Part shown: in pieces, positions 28,714-38,219 of the stretch
Position numbering within the stretch: the stretch's first letter is position 1
Layout: every line of letters begins with the position of its first letter
NCBI GenBank assembly: GCA_965277805.1
Contig: OZ255842.1
Location: 2,368,001 to 2,432,000, forward strand
Length of the DNA stretch: 64,000 nucleotides
Direction: 5' to 3'
Source of the DNA: Candidatus Lustribacter sp.
Lineage (GTDB): Bacteria; Vulcanimicrobiota; Vulcanimicrobiia; Vulcanimicrobiales; Vulcanimicrobiaceae
Program-made: the position numbers and the translations under genes
The notes under the pieces: model-generated
Seen by the model: the letters and a program-made list of their open reading frames with translations, nothing else
What the model was told of the DNA's origin: nothing
Database searches by the model: none

Positions 28714-28953
28714 ATGGGTGGTATCAACGATCGCTGTACGAAGTGCGGCCATCTTCTTGCATCGCACGTTCCGGATGTCGGCTGCACCGACCGCGTACCC
28801 GGCACAATGGAGCGGATGCCCGGGGCGTGCGGGTGCGGGGCGCCGGAAGTCCTCGCCGACGTGATCCCGTTTCGCTCCCGTAGCCAGCGCGACGCGTTAG
28901 CGCGGGGGCTGACCATCGACGAGGACGGCGGTAACGGCGATTACCACGGTTAG
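28714..28953 (+). CDS. Small Cys/His-rich putative zinc-binding protein
   Basis: CTKCGHLLASH..C..CGC; TATACT -10 box 6 nt before the ATG; 3' end overlaps the convergent gene. Confidence 0.5.
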   Translation: MGGINDRCTKCGHLLASHVPDVGCTDRVPGTMERMPGACGCGAPEVLADVIPFRSRSQRDALARGLTIDEDGGNGDYHG

Positions 28954-30087
28954 GATCAGCATTTCGTAGCGGACGCTGCCTGCAACTGCTACGGCGCCAT
29001 CGTTAATCCGGCGACGGGATTGCAGCGCAACCACGCCGGCCAGCGCGAAAAAGACGATCTTCGCGCAGATCTCCCAGCCATACGCCGACGAAAACAGCCC
29101 GGATAGCGGGCTGACGTTGCGCAGGACTTGCACGACCGAACTCACGAGCAAGAGGATCACCGCGTACGTCGCCACGTTCGACGTGCGCCGTACGTCGACG
29201 ATTCCGGTCGCCAACAAGGTCGTCAGCAGCACACCGATCCAGACGGCCGCCGCGAGCAGGTGCGCGAAGTCGAAGATCACGCCGGCCACGGGCAGCACGC
29301 CGGTGGAACCATGTCCGCCCAGCGATTCGCAGACCAGAACCGCAACGATCGCGGCGATCAGCAACGGGTAACGGCGCTTGCCGCCGCTCACCGCAATCGC
29401 ACCGAGGAACGCGGCAATCGTCAGCGCGAGATGCAAGATCCCGTAACGCGTCTGCAGCGTCGCGATGAGCGAGCCACCCGTGATGAGGCCTTGGACGCGA
29501 ACGTCGATGAACGCCACGAACGCGATCGTGATCCAGGCCCCGAACTCCAGCATCGAAACCGGCGCAACGTTGGGCGCGCGAACGGTCAACAGCGCGCCGA
29601 ACGCGAGGCCCGTGCCGATCAGGATTCCCGCGAGCATCGCGAATCGCAGCACCGCGACGATCGCGACGGCGCCGGCGATCCCGGGCTGGTCGCCGGCCGG
29701 AACCACTCCGGCCGGGACGCCGACGCCGAACGCAAAGCTGCCCTCGCTCACGTGTCCGTCGTCGGCGGTAACTTGCCACGTGACGATGTAGCTGCCGCTC
29801 GCGAGCGCGGGCGTTTTCACCTCGACCAAACGCGTGTCGCCGCCGGGATGATACGGCGCGCTCGCGCGGTTGAGGCCGTGCGCGTCGCTCACGCGCATGA
29901 TGTCGATCTGCGCCTCTTCCTTGAAGCGCAGCGTGACGACCGCCGGTGCGCGCTGCATTTCGACGCCCGCTTCGGGCGTGCTGCCCAAGAACTTCGTGTG
30001 TGCGCTCGCCGCGTGCGGTACGAACACGAACAGCCCGCCAAGGACGAACGCCGTCACGGTGACGGCGCGACGGAACTGCTCGAACAT
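28897..30087 (-). CDS. CopC/CopD fusion copper uptake protein (YcnJ/CutJ-like)
   Basis: AHTKFLGSTP after the signal peptide; WQVTADDGHVSEG; CopD AHLLAAAVWIG. Confidence 0.88.
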   Translation of the reverse strand: MFEQFRRAVTVTAFVLGGLFVFVPHAASAHTKFLGSTPEAGVEMQRAPAVVTLRFKEEAQIDIMRVSDAHGLNRASAPYHPGGDTRLVEVKTPALASGSYIVTWQVTADDGHVSEGSFAFGVGVPAGVVPAGDQPGIAGAVAIVAVLRFAMLAGILIGTGLAFGALLTVRAPNVAPVSMLEFGAWITIAFVAFIDVRVQGLITGGSLIATLQTRYGILHLALTIAAFLGAIAVSGGKRRYPLLIAAIVAVLVCESLGGHGSTGVLPVAGVIFDFAHLLAAAVWIGVLLTTLLATGIVDVRRTSNVATYAVILLLVSSVVQVLRNVSPLSGLFSSAYGWEICAKIVFFALAGVVALQSRRRINDGAVAVAGSVRYEMLILTVVIAVTAVLVDGQPPR

Positions 30088-30131
30088 TACAAAATAGGGT
30101 ACCACGGGCGGCTGGGGCGAACCTATGCCTG

Positions 30132-30695
30132 ATGGGGACCGACCTCTACGCCGACCGCATCGACTCTCCCATCGGCACGCTTCTGCTCATCACCAAGGGT
30201 AACCGGCTGTGCGCGCTGGACTATCGCGGCTACGATCACCGGATGAACGGTTTTCTCGCCGCCCGCTTCGGCAACTACACGCTGCACGATGCGAACGATC
30301 CCGGCGGCACGACCGGCGCGCTGCGCGCGTATCTCGCCGGCGACTTACGCGCGCTCGATGTACTCGCCGTTGATACCGGCGGTACGCCGTTTCAGGAGAG
30401 CGTGTGGGCCGAGTTGCGCCGCATCCCGGCCGGCACGACGATCACCTACGGTGAGCTCGCGCGGCGCGTCGGTCAGCCCAGCGCGAGCCGCGCGGTCGGC
30501 CATGCCAACTCGCTCAACCCGGTGGCAATCGTGGTGCCGTGTCATCGCGTGATCGGCGCGGATGCAACGCTTACCGGTTACGCCGGCGGACTCGATCGCA
30601 AACGCTGGCTGCTCGAACATGAGGGCGTGCGCCTGCCCCAAGCGCCGCCCCAGCGCCGCAGCGAGAACCAGCTCTCGCTGTTCGCTTCGTCCTAG
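30132..30695 (+). CDS. ogt: Methylated-DNA--protein-cysteine S-methyltransferase
   Basis: GTPFQ, TYGELA, VVPCHRVIG active site. Confidence 0.95.
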   Translation: MGTDLYADRIDSPIGTLLLITKGNRLCALDYRGYDHRMNGFLAARFGNYTLHDANDPGGTTGALRAYLAGDLRALDVLAVDTGGTPFQESVWAELRRIPAGTTITYGELARRVGQPSASRAVGHANSLNPVAIVVPCHRVIGADATLTGYAGGLDRKRWLLEHEGVRLPQAPPQRRSENQLSLFASS

Positions 30696-31924
30696 CCGAG
30701 CGGTCCGAGCAGGGTCTCCCCGCCGTAGACGTCGTCCGTGGCGGGGATTACCGCCGGCCACGCGCCCGGTTTCGGGTTCGGTCGCGACGACGCCGGCCGC
30801 GCGCGGCCGTCCCAACCGATCTGCTCCATCGAGAAGTACACTTGCACGGCTTGGCCATCGGGATCGAGCACGTGGAACGCATAGTCGATGCCCGGATGCA
30901 ACTCGGCCGGAATCTCGATGAACGTCCGTCCGCGCTTCTCCAGAAACGCGCGGGCGTCGCACAGCTGACGGTACGAACCGACTTGGATGCCGACCGAGAA
31001 CGTCGTGGAATCCGGCCGCAAGCCGAGTTTTTCGCGCAGCTCGATCGGATAGAGCGCGATCGTGTGGTGTTCGGTATTTGCGCGCAAGAAGACGCAGCGC
31101 GCGCCGTTCCAAACGGTCTCTTCGGAAACGCGCAAGCCGAGTTCGTGCGAGTAAAAACGCACCGCCGCGTCGATGTCGGCGGTAAAGAGGCTGATCGGTC
31201 CGCCCTTGATGATCTTGAACGGCCGCGGCAGCAAGATGCCGTCGACATCGTAATCTTTGCCGGGGAGCGAGTCGCGCATTTCGTAGCCGGAACTGAGATC
31301 GTCGCCGCGCTTTTCCGCGATGCTTACTTCTTCGTCTTCCGAGATTTGCGGCAGTTCGGGCTTCACCCGGAACATGCGGTCCCACATTCCCTTGGGTTTG
31401 CTGCGCGCATCCCAGCCGACTTGCTCCATGCCGTAGTACAGCTCGTTCGTGTGGCCGTCCGGATCGTAGAAATACGTGTGCCAGTTGGAACCCGGCATGT
31501 CGCGGCCGCTGCGCTGGATCTTCAGGCCCTCTTCGTTGAGCCAATCGCAGCCGTTGGAAACTTCGCCGAGGCTGCCGACTTGCCACGAGATCTGGTTCAT
31601 GACTACGCCCGGCGCGAAGTGGCGCTCGGTGTCGATGTACTCGCGCACGCGCTTGTTGAAGAGCACGAAGCTATGATGGTCGGTGCCGTAGCGCATGAAG
31701 TAGCCGTGCGGATCGCCGAATCCCGCGATCGCTTCCGGCGGCTGCGCGCGTTCGCCGAAGTTGCGCTTGTCGGAGATCCGGTAACCCAAATCTTCCGTGT
31801 AAAAGCGAACGCACTCTTCCATCTTGAGCGAGTTCAAGCCGAAGTGGCCTAAGCGGCGGATCTTGAACGGACGCTCGAGCAGCACGCCGCCGACGTCGTA
31901 GGTTGCCGCAGATGTTTCGATCAT
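30692..31924 (-). CDS. Two-domain VOC/extradiol dioxygenase-like protein
   Basis: RRLGHFG, TDHHSF, YFYDPDGHTNELYY; internally duplicated 'LLxRPFKI' and 'MEQxGWD' modules. Confidence 0.85.
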   Translation of the reverse strand: MIETSAATYDVGGVLLERPFKIRRLGHFGLNSLKMEECVRFYTEDLGYRISDKRNFGERAQPPEAIAGFGDPHGYFMRYGTDHHSFVLFNKRVREYIDTERHFAPGVVMNQISWQVGSLGEVSNGCDWLNEEGLKIQRSGRDMPGSNWHTYFYDPDGHTNELYYGMEQVGWDARSKPKGMWDRMFRVKPELPQISEDEEVSIAEKRGDDLSSGYEMRDSLPGKDYDVDGILLPRPFKIIKGGPISLFTADIDAAVRFYSHELGLRVSEETVWNGARCVFLRANTEHHTIALYPIELREKLGLRPDSTTFSVGIQVGSYRQLCDARAFLEKRGRTFIEIPAELHPGIDYAFHVLDPDGQAVQVYFSMEQIGWDGRARPASSRPNPKPGAWPAVIPATDDVYGGETLLGPLG

Positions 31925-31937
31925 GCCCGGTTCTCCG

Positions 31938-32915
31938 TTACTTCGTTGCTTCGGCGGCGTACGATGGGTCGTAGAGATCGTTCATCGGCGGCATGGCAGG
32001 CACAACGCCGAATTGCACCTGATACTTGCCGACCGTTTGGATGGAGGGGATCGAAAGCTTGAGATTGGGATTGAACGCTTTCCATTTGCCGAAATCGACG
32101 TCCCACGCGGCGTTGGCGATCGCCGGATCGACCTTCGTCTTGTCGACCAGGACGGCCACCGAGCCGGCCTTGTTCGCATAGCCGTATTGAATCGCTTTAC
32201 GCACGGCGCGCAAGAACTTCACGACCGTCGAGCGGTTCTTCGCGGCCCAGTCGTTGTTCGCCGCGATGCACGTGAAGGCCCAATCCTTGATCGTATCGCT
32301 GGCGGTTGCCAAGATCACGTCGCCCTTAGATTGGGCGAGCAGATCGAAGGGCTGGCCCAGCATCGAACCCTGCACCTGACCGCTTTGCAAGCCGGCGTAG
32401 CGTGCGGTGCTGTTGCCGCCGATCACGATCTGAAAATCGTCGAGCGTCATCTTATGCGCCGCAGCAAGGGAGCCGAGCGCGATCGCCGTTACGTCTTGCT
32501 TCGTACCGAGCATGACCGATTTGCCCTTGAGGTCGGCCCACGATTTGATACTCGGCAGCACGACCAGCGAGTAGGGGTTCACCCCGAACATCGGGGCCAC
32601 GATCTTGAGCGGCAGGCTGTGGGACACGGCGGCAATCTCGCTATCGCATCCGTTGTCGACCATGTTGGCCCCGTTGGTCGCCACCAAGTTGATGACGTTG
32701 GGCGGCGAGTTGCCCTCGATGATCGAGACCTTCAGGCCCTCATCCTTATAAAAGCCCTCGGCCTCGGCGATGTAAACGGGCCACTCCGATGCGGTCGGCG
32801 TCAAAATACCGAAGTTCAGCTCGATCAGCCCGTTCTGGGCGGCGACCGGCGGCGGCGCGATGAGCAGCGTCAGCGCTGCCAGCAACGCGAGCGAGACAAA
32901 CCTTGGTACGTTCAT
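31938..32915 (-). CDS. ABC substrate-binding protein, NitT/TauT type
   Basis: Signal peptide; AEGFYKDEGLKV, WADLKGK. Confidence 0.88.
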   Translation of the reverse strand: MNVPRFVSLALLAALTLLIAPPPVAAQNGLIELNFGILTPTASEWPVYIAEAEGFYKDEGLKVSIIEGNSPPNVINLVATNGANMVDNGCDSEIAAVSHSLPLKIVAPMFGVNPYSLVVLPSIKSWADLKGKSVMLGTKQDVTAIALGSLAAAHKMTLDDFQIVIGGNSTARYAGLQSGQVQGSMLGQPFDLLAQSKGDVILATASDTIKDWAFTCIAANNDWAAKNRSTVVKFLRAVRKAIQYGYANKAGSVAVLVDKTKVDPAIANAAWDVDFGKWKAFNPNLKLSIPSIQTVGKYQVQFGVVPAMPPMNDLYDPSYAAEATK

Positions 32916-33010
32916 TCGACATTCTCCGTAGCGTCGTGCGTTCGTGAAAACGGGAGCCGAAACGGAATTTAGCGCGAGGAGACGGCTTCCCCCCGCCGTA
33001 CCGTCCTTCC

Positions 33011-33793
33011 GTGGCCCTCATTGAGTTCGTCGACGTCGGCATGACGTACCAGCGTCGCGGCGGTGGCGAAACCGTCGCGCTCGAGCGAACCTCCCTGACC
33101 ATCGCGCCGGGGGAGTTCATCTGCATCGTCGGCCCCAGCGGCTGCGGCAAGACGACGCTGCTGCACTGCCTCGACGGCCTGCAGACGCCGACGAGCGGCC
33201 GCATCCTGATCGACGGCCGCGAAATCACCGGTCCCGGCCGCGACCGCGCGATGGTCTTCCAAAGCGCGTCGCTGATGCCATGGCGCACGGTCTCCCGCAA
33301 CGTCACCTACGGCCTCGAGCTGCACGGCGTCCCGCTGCGCGAAGCGCTCCCGCGCGCGCAGAAGATGATCGACCTCGTGGGGTTGAGCGGATTCGAGGAT
33401 CGTCATCCGGGCGAACTCTCGGGCGGCATGCAGCAGCGCGTCAACCTGGCGCGCGCGCTCGTCATCGATCCCGAAGTGATCCTGCTCGACGAACCGTTTG
33501 CCGCGCTCGACGCGCAAACGCGGGAGGGCATGCAAACCGAGCTCTTGCGCGTGTGGGATGAAACGAAGAAGACCGCGGTTTTCATCACGCACCAGATCAG
33601 CGAAGCGGTCTACCTCGCCGACCGCGTCATCGTGATGTCGGCGCGGCCCGGTCACGTAAAGGCGATCGTGCCGGTGCCGATCTCGCGGCCGCGTCCCGCC
33701 AGCGCACGGCGCGATCCGCAGATGTACGAGATCGAGTCGGAGATCGCCGCCTTGATCGACGGCAGCCACACGGAAGTGGTGGTCGAAGCATGA
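33011..33793 (+). CDS. ABC transporter ATP-binding protein (TauB/SsuB-like)
   Basis: GPSGCGKT, LSGGMQQR, LLDEPFAALD. Confidence 0.95.
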   Translation: MALIEFVDVGMTYQRRGGGETVALERTSLTIAPGEFICIVGPSGCGKTTLLHCLDGLQTPTSGRILIDGREITGPGRDRAMVFQSASLMPWRTVSRNVTYGLELHGVPLREALPRAQKMIDLVGLSGFEDRHPGELSGGMQQRVNLARALVIDPEVILLDEPFAALDAQTREGMQTELLRVWDETKKTAVFITHQISEAVYLADRVIVMSARPGHVKAIVPVPISRPRPASARRDPQMYEIESEIAALIDGSHTEVVVEA

Positions 33794-34629
33794 CGCAGTT
33801 GACGCAAACGTCGAGCGGCCTCGTCACCGACGACATCCCCGTTCCGCGCCGCAAGACCGTCGCGCGCGCCGGCTTCTTCTCCCAGCGCGCGATCACGCAG
33901 ATCATTTCGGTTATCGGCGGGCTCGCGCTGTGGGAGCTGCTCGCGCGCTACGCCGTGCACAACACCGCGTTTCTAGCACCGCCGTCGATCGTCGCGGTTC
34001 GCTTCTACCAAATGCTGCGCGACGGTTCGCTGCTCTACAACGGCTGGGTCAGTTTCCAGGAACTGATCGGCGGCTTCGTGCTCGGCGTCGCGGCCGGCAT
34101 CATCATCGGCGCCGCCATGGTGCAGTGGAAACGCGTCGACGACGCGCTCGAAGTCTGGATTGCCGCGCTCTACGCCGCGCCGATCGTCGCGCTCGCACCG
34201 ATCCTGATCATCTGGTTCGGCTTCGGCCCGTGGTCGAAGGTCGCCGTGGTCTTCATCATGGTCGTCTTCCCGATGGTGATCTGCACGCAGGCCGGGCTCG
34301 AATCGGTCGACCGCCGCCTACTGCTCGTGTCGCGCTCGTTCTGCGGTTCGCGCTGGAAGACGTTCGTCACCGTGGCGCTGCCGTCGGCGGCGCCGTTCAT
34401 CGTTTCCGGCATGCGGCAATCGGTCGGCCGCGGACTCGTCGGCGTCGTGATCGGCGAGCTCTTCGGCGCCAAAGCGGGCCTCGGCAACATCATCACGACC
34501 GCCAGCAGCGTGTTCGACATGCCGACGCTCTTCGTCGCCGTCGTGACGCTCGCGCTCGCCGGCATCATCCTCACCGGCATTCTCCGCTCGTTCGAACTGC
34601 GTCTCGCCGCCTGGCGCGACGTCGCCTAA
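33790..34629 (+). CDS. ABC transporter permease (TauC/SsuC-like)
   Basis: PIVALAPILIIWFGFG, EAA-like loop, GELFGAKAGLG. Confidence 0.93.
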   Translation: MTQLTQTSSGLVTDDIPVPRRKTVARAGFFSQRAITQIISVIGGLALWELLARYAVHNTAFLAPPSIVAVRFYQMLRDGSLLYNGWVSFQELIGGFVLGVAAGIIIGAAMVQWKRVDDALEVWIAALYAAPIVALAPILIIWFGFGPWSKVAVVFIMVVFPMVICTQAGLESVDRRLLLVSRSFCGSRWKTFVTVALPSAAPFIVSGMRQSVGRGLVGVVIGELFGAKAGLGNIITTASSVFDMPTLFVAVVTLALAGIILTGILRSFELRLAAWRDVA

Positions 34630-34640
34630 GGAAGCCAGCT

Positions 34641-35159
34641 ATGTCCGAAACCGCCACGCAGACCCAAACGACGCCGATCAAGGTCCGTAAACTCGGTCAT
34701 CTCGTGTATGAAGTCAGCGACATCGAACGCTCGACGAAGTTCTGGACGGAAATCATGGGCTTCTCCGTCTCCGATACCAACGAGTTCGGCATGGTGTTCT
34801 TGCACAGCACGGGCGATCATCATTCGATCGCGCTCGTGCCGTCGAAGAAGAAAGAGCGCCCGCCCGCGAACGCCGGCTTGCGTTTCCACCATTTGGCGAT
34901 GGAAGTCGACAACGTCGAAACGCTGTTCAAAGCCCGCGAATTTTTACAGGCGCGCGGCGTGCCGATCGACTTCGAAGGCCGGCGCGGACCCGGCGGTAAC
35001 ACCGGCGTCGAGTTTCAGGACCCCGACGGCTACACGTTCGAGATCTACGCCGACATGGACCAAATCGGTCCCGACGGCAAGACGCGCCCCCCGGAACAAT
35101 TCGATCGCGTCAAAACGCTCGAAGACGCCGTCGCCCGCCCCCTCCCCGACAAGTACTAG
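34641..35159 (+). CDS. VOC/glyoxalase family protein (single domain, dioxygenase-like)
   Basis: KLGHLV, DHHSIAL, HHLAMEV, FQDPDGYTFE. Confidence 0.88.
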   Translation: MSETATQTQTTPIKVRKLGHLVYEVSDIERSTKFWTEIMGFSVSDTNEFGMVFLHSTGDHHSIALVPSKKKERPPANAGLRFHHLAMEVDNVETLFKAREFLQARGVPIDFEGRRGPGGNTGVEFQDPDGYTFEIYADMDQIGPDGKTRPPEQFDRVKTLEDAVARPLPDKY

Positions 35160-35167
35160 CCATGCCC

Positions 35168-35200
35168 TGTCATCCCGAGCTTGTCGAGGGACCGCCACAA
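35168..35200 (+). repeat. REP-like element, copy 2
   Basis: TGTCATCCCGAGCTTGTCGAGGGACCGCCACAA. Confidence 0.8.
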
Positions 35201-35202
35201 CC

Positions 35203-36261
35203 GTGAAAGCCGTGATCTTCGAGCGCTTCGGTGGACCCGAGGTGATGGAATACCGCGACGTGCCGACGCCCGAAGTCGGCCCCGGCGACGTGCTCGTCGA
35301 GGTGCATGCGGTCACCGTCAATCGCGCGCTCGACATTCACGTGCGCGAGTCCGGCGACGGGCGCAATCCCGTGCTGCCGCTCGTCCTCGGCGTCGATCCC
35401 GTCGGCGTGATCGTCAAGGCCGGTGCGAACGTTCCGCAGTCACGCATCGGCGAACGCGTTGCTGTAGCCTCATCGGTGCGCTGCGGAAAATGCGGCGCGT
35501 GCCTCGACGGCCGCGGACCCGATTGCGTCGCCACGCAGCATCTCGGCATTCACCGCTGGGGCGGCTACGCCGAATACCTCAGCATCCCCGCCGATGCGAC
35601 GATGCCGATTCCGGACAACATGAATTTCCCCGAGGCGGCCGTCGTGTTCCGCCACTTTCCCACCGCCTTTCATCTGCTCGACTGCAAAGCCGGCATCAAA
35701 GCCGGCGAAACCGTGTTGATCATGGGCGCGGCGGGCGGCCTGGGCAATGCCGGGATTCAAGTTGCGAAGTATCGCGGCGCGCGCGTGATCGCGGGCGCCG
35801 GCACCGATGCGGGCGTTGCGCTCGCGCGCGAAACGGGCGCCGACGAAGCGGTCAATTACCGCACCGAAAACCTCGAAGCGCGCGTCAACGAACTCACCGG
35901 CGCTAAGGGCGTCGACGTCGTGTTCGAAAATATCGGCGCACCGGATCTGTGGCCGGCAGCCTTCAACTCGCTCGGCGGCGGGGGACGGCTCGTGACCGCG
36001 GGCGCGCATGGCGGCGGCACGGTGACGCTCGACGTGAAGCGGCTTTATCGCCGCAAACTGCGCTTGATCGGCGGTGCGGGCTCCGATCCGTGGGACGTCG
36101 AGGCAACGATCGAGGGCGCGGCGAGCGGCAAACTGCACGGTGCGATCGACCGCATCTTGCCGCTCTCGGAAGTCGCGGAAGCGCATCGGCTCGTCAGCGA
36201 GCGTGAAGTCACCGGTAAAGTCGTGCTGATCCCCGAGCGCGTGCTCGCGCTAACGAACTAG
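35203..36261 (+). CDS. Zinc-binding dehydrogenase/quinone oxidoreductase (MDR family)
   Basis: GTG start MKAVIFERFGGPEV; CGKCGAC..C structural Zn site; GAAGGLG; GKVVL. Confidence 0.9.
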   Translation: MKAVIFERFGGPEVMEYRDVPTPEVGPGDVLVEVHAVTVNRALDIHVRESGDGRNPVLPLVLGVDPVGVIVKAGANVPQSRIGERVAVASSVRCGKCGACLDGRGPDCVATQHLGIHRWGGYAEYLSIPADATMPIPDNMNFPEAAVVFRHFPTAFHLLDCKAGIKAGETVLIMGAAGGLGNAGIQVAKYRGARVIAGAGTDAGVALARETGADEAVNYRTENLEARVNELTGAKGVDVVFENIGAPDLWPAAFNSLGGGGRLVTAGAHGGGTVTLDVKRLYRRKLRLIGGAGSDPWDVEATIEGAASGKLHGAIDRILPLSEVAEAHRLVSEREVTGKVVLIPERVLALTN

Positions 36262-36834
36262 ACGATCGCCCGGCTCCGGCGGCGGCTCGGGCGGCGCAGG
36301 CACCGTCGGCATCTCGTGATTGGCGTAGAGCGCTATGCGTTCGATGCGCCCATTGTTACCGCTGATGATCGCGATGCCGTGCTGCCAACGCGCTTGATAC
36401 GCGTGCTGGTAGACGATCGAACGCGCCCCGCCTTCGCGGCCGGCCTGCGAGATGAAGTACTCCGGCAACGACGTGATCACGTTGCCGATGCCGATGCTGC
36501 CCGGTTCCACTTTGAAGATACCGTTCGCCGGCGGCGTGTCGCGCGGTAAGTTTTCGGTCTTCGCAAGGTAGTGCTCGATGCCGATCAGCACTTGGCCGCG
36601 ATAGATCGCCGAGAGCACCCAACGCTGGTTGTGCAAACCGGCCGCGGCCCACGTGCGCCAGCCCGGCGCCGGATACTCGATCGCGGGGCCCATGCGGCGT
36701 TCGATCGCGCGGCGCGTGGTGAAGCCCGGCACGAAACTCAAGAGCCCGCTCTCGAGCGTCATCGGCGGTGCCGGCGCCGGTTTCGCGGGGGCGGCCGGAG
36801 GCTTCTTCTTATTTCCGAACAGGCCGGCGAACAT
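36250..36834 (-). CDS. Hypothetical protein
   Basis: Plausible globular composition with Pro-rich ends; no family recognised. Confidence 0.6.
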   Translation of the reverse strand: MFAGLFGNKKKPPAAPAKPAPAPPMTLESGLLSFVPGFTTRRAIERRMGPAIEYPAPGWRTWAAAGLHNQRWVLSAIYRGQVLIGIEHYLAKTENLPRDTPPANGIFKVEPGSIGIGNVITSLPEYFISQAGREGGARSIVYQHAYQARWQHGIAIISGNNGRIERIALYANHEMPTVPAPPEPPPEPGDRLVR

Positions 36835-36881
36835 CGGCCAAAACTTCTCGCCCGCGGCAACGAAGGCCGCTTTTCGCCCCG

Positions 36882-37310
36882 TCAGTCGAGCGCGATGCGC
36901 GCCAAAAGCGCCATTAAGTGATCGCGCTCCGCAGGCGCGAGCGGCGCGAGCGTTTCGGTTTGCGCGCGCGCGCTGAGCTCCGCAATTTCGCCGGCCTGGC
37001 GCTCCCCGCCGGCCGAGAGACGCACGCGCAGCTGACGCTGATCGGTCGGATGCGGCTCAACCACGATCAAGTCTTGTTTTTTGAGGCGTGCGACCAGGCC
37101 GTGCACGTTCGCCGGTTCCATGCCGATCGCGCGGCCGAGTTCGGCTTGCGAGAGCGGGCCGCGGGCGTGCAAGGTCATCACCGTTGCCGCCTGCATCGGC
37201 GTGATGCCGACGTCCTTGAGCAGATGGCTGGTGTTGTTCTTAGCGCGGTAGTAGGCGCGGCGGAGCAGATGGCCGACACGGTGCTCCGCTTCGTAGTCGA
37301 ATTCGTCCAG
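36882..37310 (-). CDS. MarR family regulator (probable CTG start)
   Basis: Open frame CTG-DEFDYEAEHRVGHLLRRAYY..ITPMQ..LSQAELGRAIGMEPANV..DQRQ; first ATG is only at 37196. Confidence 0.8.
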   Translation of the reverse strand: MDEFDYEAEHRVGHLLRRAYYRAKNNTSHLLKDVGITPMQAATVMTLHARGPLSQAELGRAIGMEPANVHGLVARLKKQDLIVVEPHPTDQRQLRVRLSAGGERQAGEIAELSARAQTETLAPLAPAERDHLMALLARIALD

Positions 37311-37315
37311 AGCGG

Positions 37316-38197
37316 CTAGCGTGCCAGAGCGACGGCTTCTTCGAAGCGGCCCGCGCCGATCTTATCGGCGTCAAAGATGCCGCGCTCTGCCACCCACGAG
37401 TGGGTGTCTTCATACATCGTCTTCGAGTACGGTTCGAAGATCAGCCGCTCGCCGGGACCGAAGCGGCGCACGTCGACCAGCGGACGGAAGCGTTCCTGCA
37501 ACTCGTTCTGATAGTAGTGCACGTACTTCTGATGCCGCACGTCGATGTCGGCCTGCGCGCGGCGCAGCGCGGCGTAGTATTTCTTCACGTCGTCGAGGTC
37601 GGCGTCTTTCGCGACCATGCCGGCGATCATGAACGTCGTGTCGGTGATGACGCGGAAGCCGAGCTGCTCGAGGATGTAACGCTGCATGCCGAACACGTTC
37701 GCAGCCTTTGCTTCGCGCGCGATCATCGCGTCGACGCGCTCGTCGGGCAAACCGCCGAAGCGCAGTTTGATCGCATCGGCCGGCAGATATTCTTCGAGCG
37801 ACTGGATCGTCGCGTAGTGGCTGCCGGAATGGTAGCCGACGTAGACCTCGACGCCCGCCAGCTGCTCGGGTTTGGTGATCGCCGACTCCGGCGGCACCAT
37901 GATCGCGCCGGGCGAGATCGAGTAGCATTCGCCCCACAGCGTGCCGTGGTCGGCGGAGGCGGCCATGTTCACGGTCCAATGGCACGCGCAGCTCACGGTC
38001 GCATCGCGGCCGGTTTCGTACGACTCGTACGCGCCGTGCTTCTTGCCCTCGGCGGTCATGACGTCGGCTGGGTCGGGCTGGCCCAAATCATTTTTCTTGA
38101 GGACGTAGTCCGTCAGGCCCTCAGCCGCGTAGTAGCCCTTTTCTTCCGCGACCCATTCCTGGAGACGCCCGTGCGTGTGGATGACGAAGGTGCTCAT
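37316..38197 (-). CDS. PBP2/NMT1-fold protein lacking a signal peptide (possibly a cytoplasmic enzyme)
   Basis: WVAEEKGYYAAEGL, PEQLAGVEV, GSHYATIQ; no hydrophobic N-terminus. Confidence 0.75.
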   Translation of the reverse strand: MSTFVIHTHGRLQEWVAEEKGYYAAEGLTDYVLKKNDLGQPDPADVMTAEGKKHGAYESYETGRDATVSCACHWTVNMAASADHGTLWGECYSISPGAIMVPPESAITKPEQLAGVEVYVGYHSGSHYATIQSLEEYLPADAIKLRFGGLPDERVDAMIAREAKAANVFGMQRYILEQLGFRVITDTTFMIAGMVAKDADLDDVKKYYAALRRAQADIDVRHQKYVHYYQNELQERFRPLVDVRRFGPGERLIFEPYSKTMYEDTHSWVAERGIFDADKIGAGRFEEAVALAR

Positions 38198-38200
38198 ATC

Positions 38201-38214
38201 GTTATGATAATAAC
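38201..38214. promoter_or_regulatory. Palindromic operator overlapping a -10 box (candidate MarR site)
   Basis: GTTAT-GATA-ATAAC; on the minus strand TATCAT lies 6 nt before ATG 38197. Confidence 0.55.
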
Positions 38215-38219
38215 ATTAT

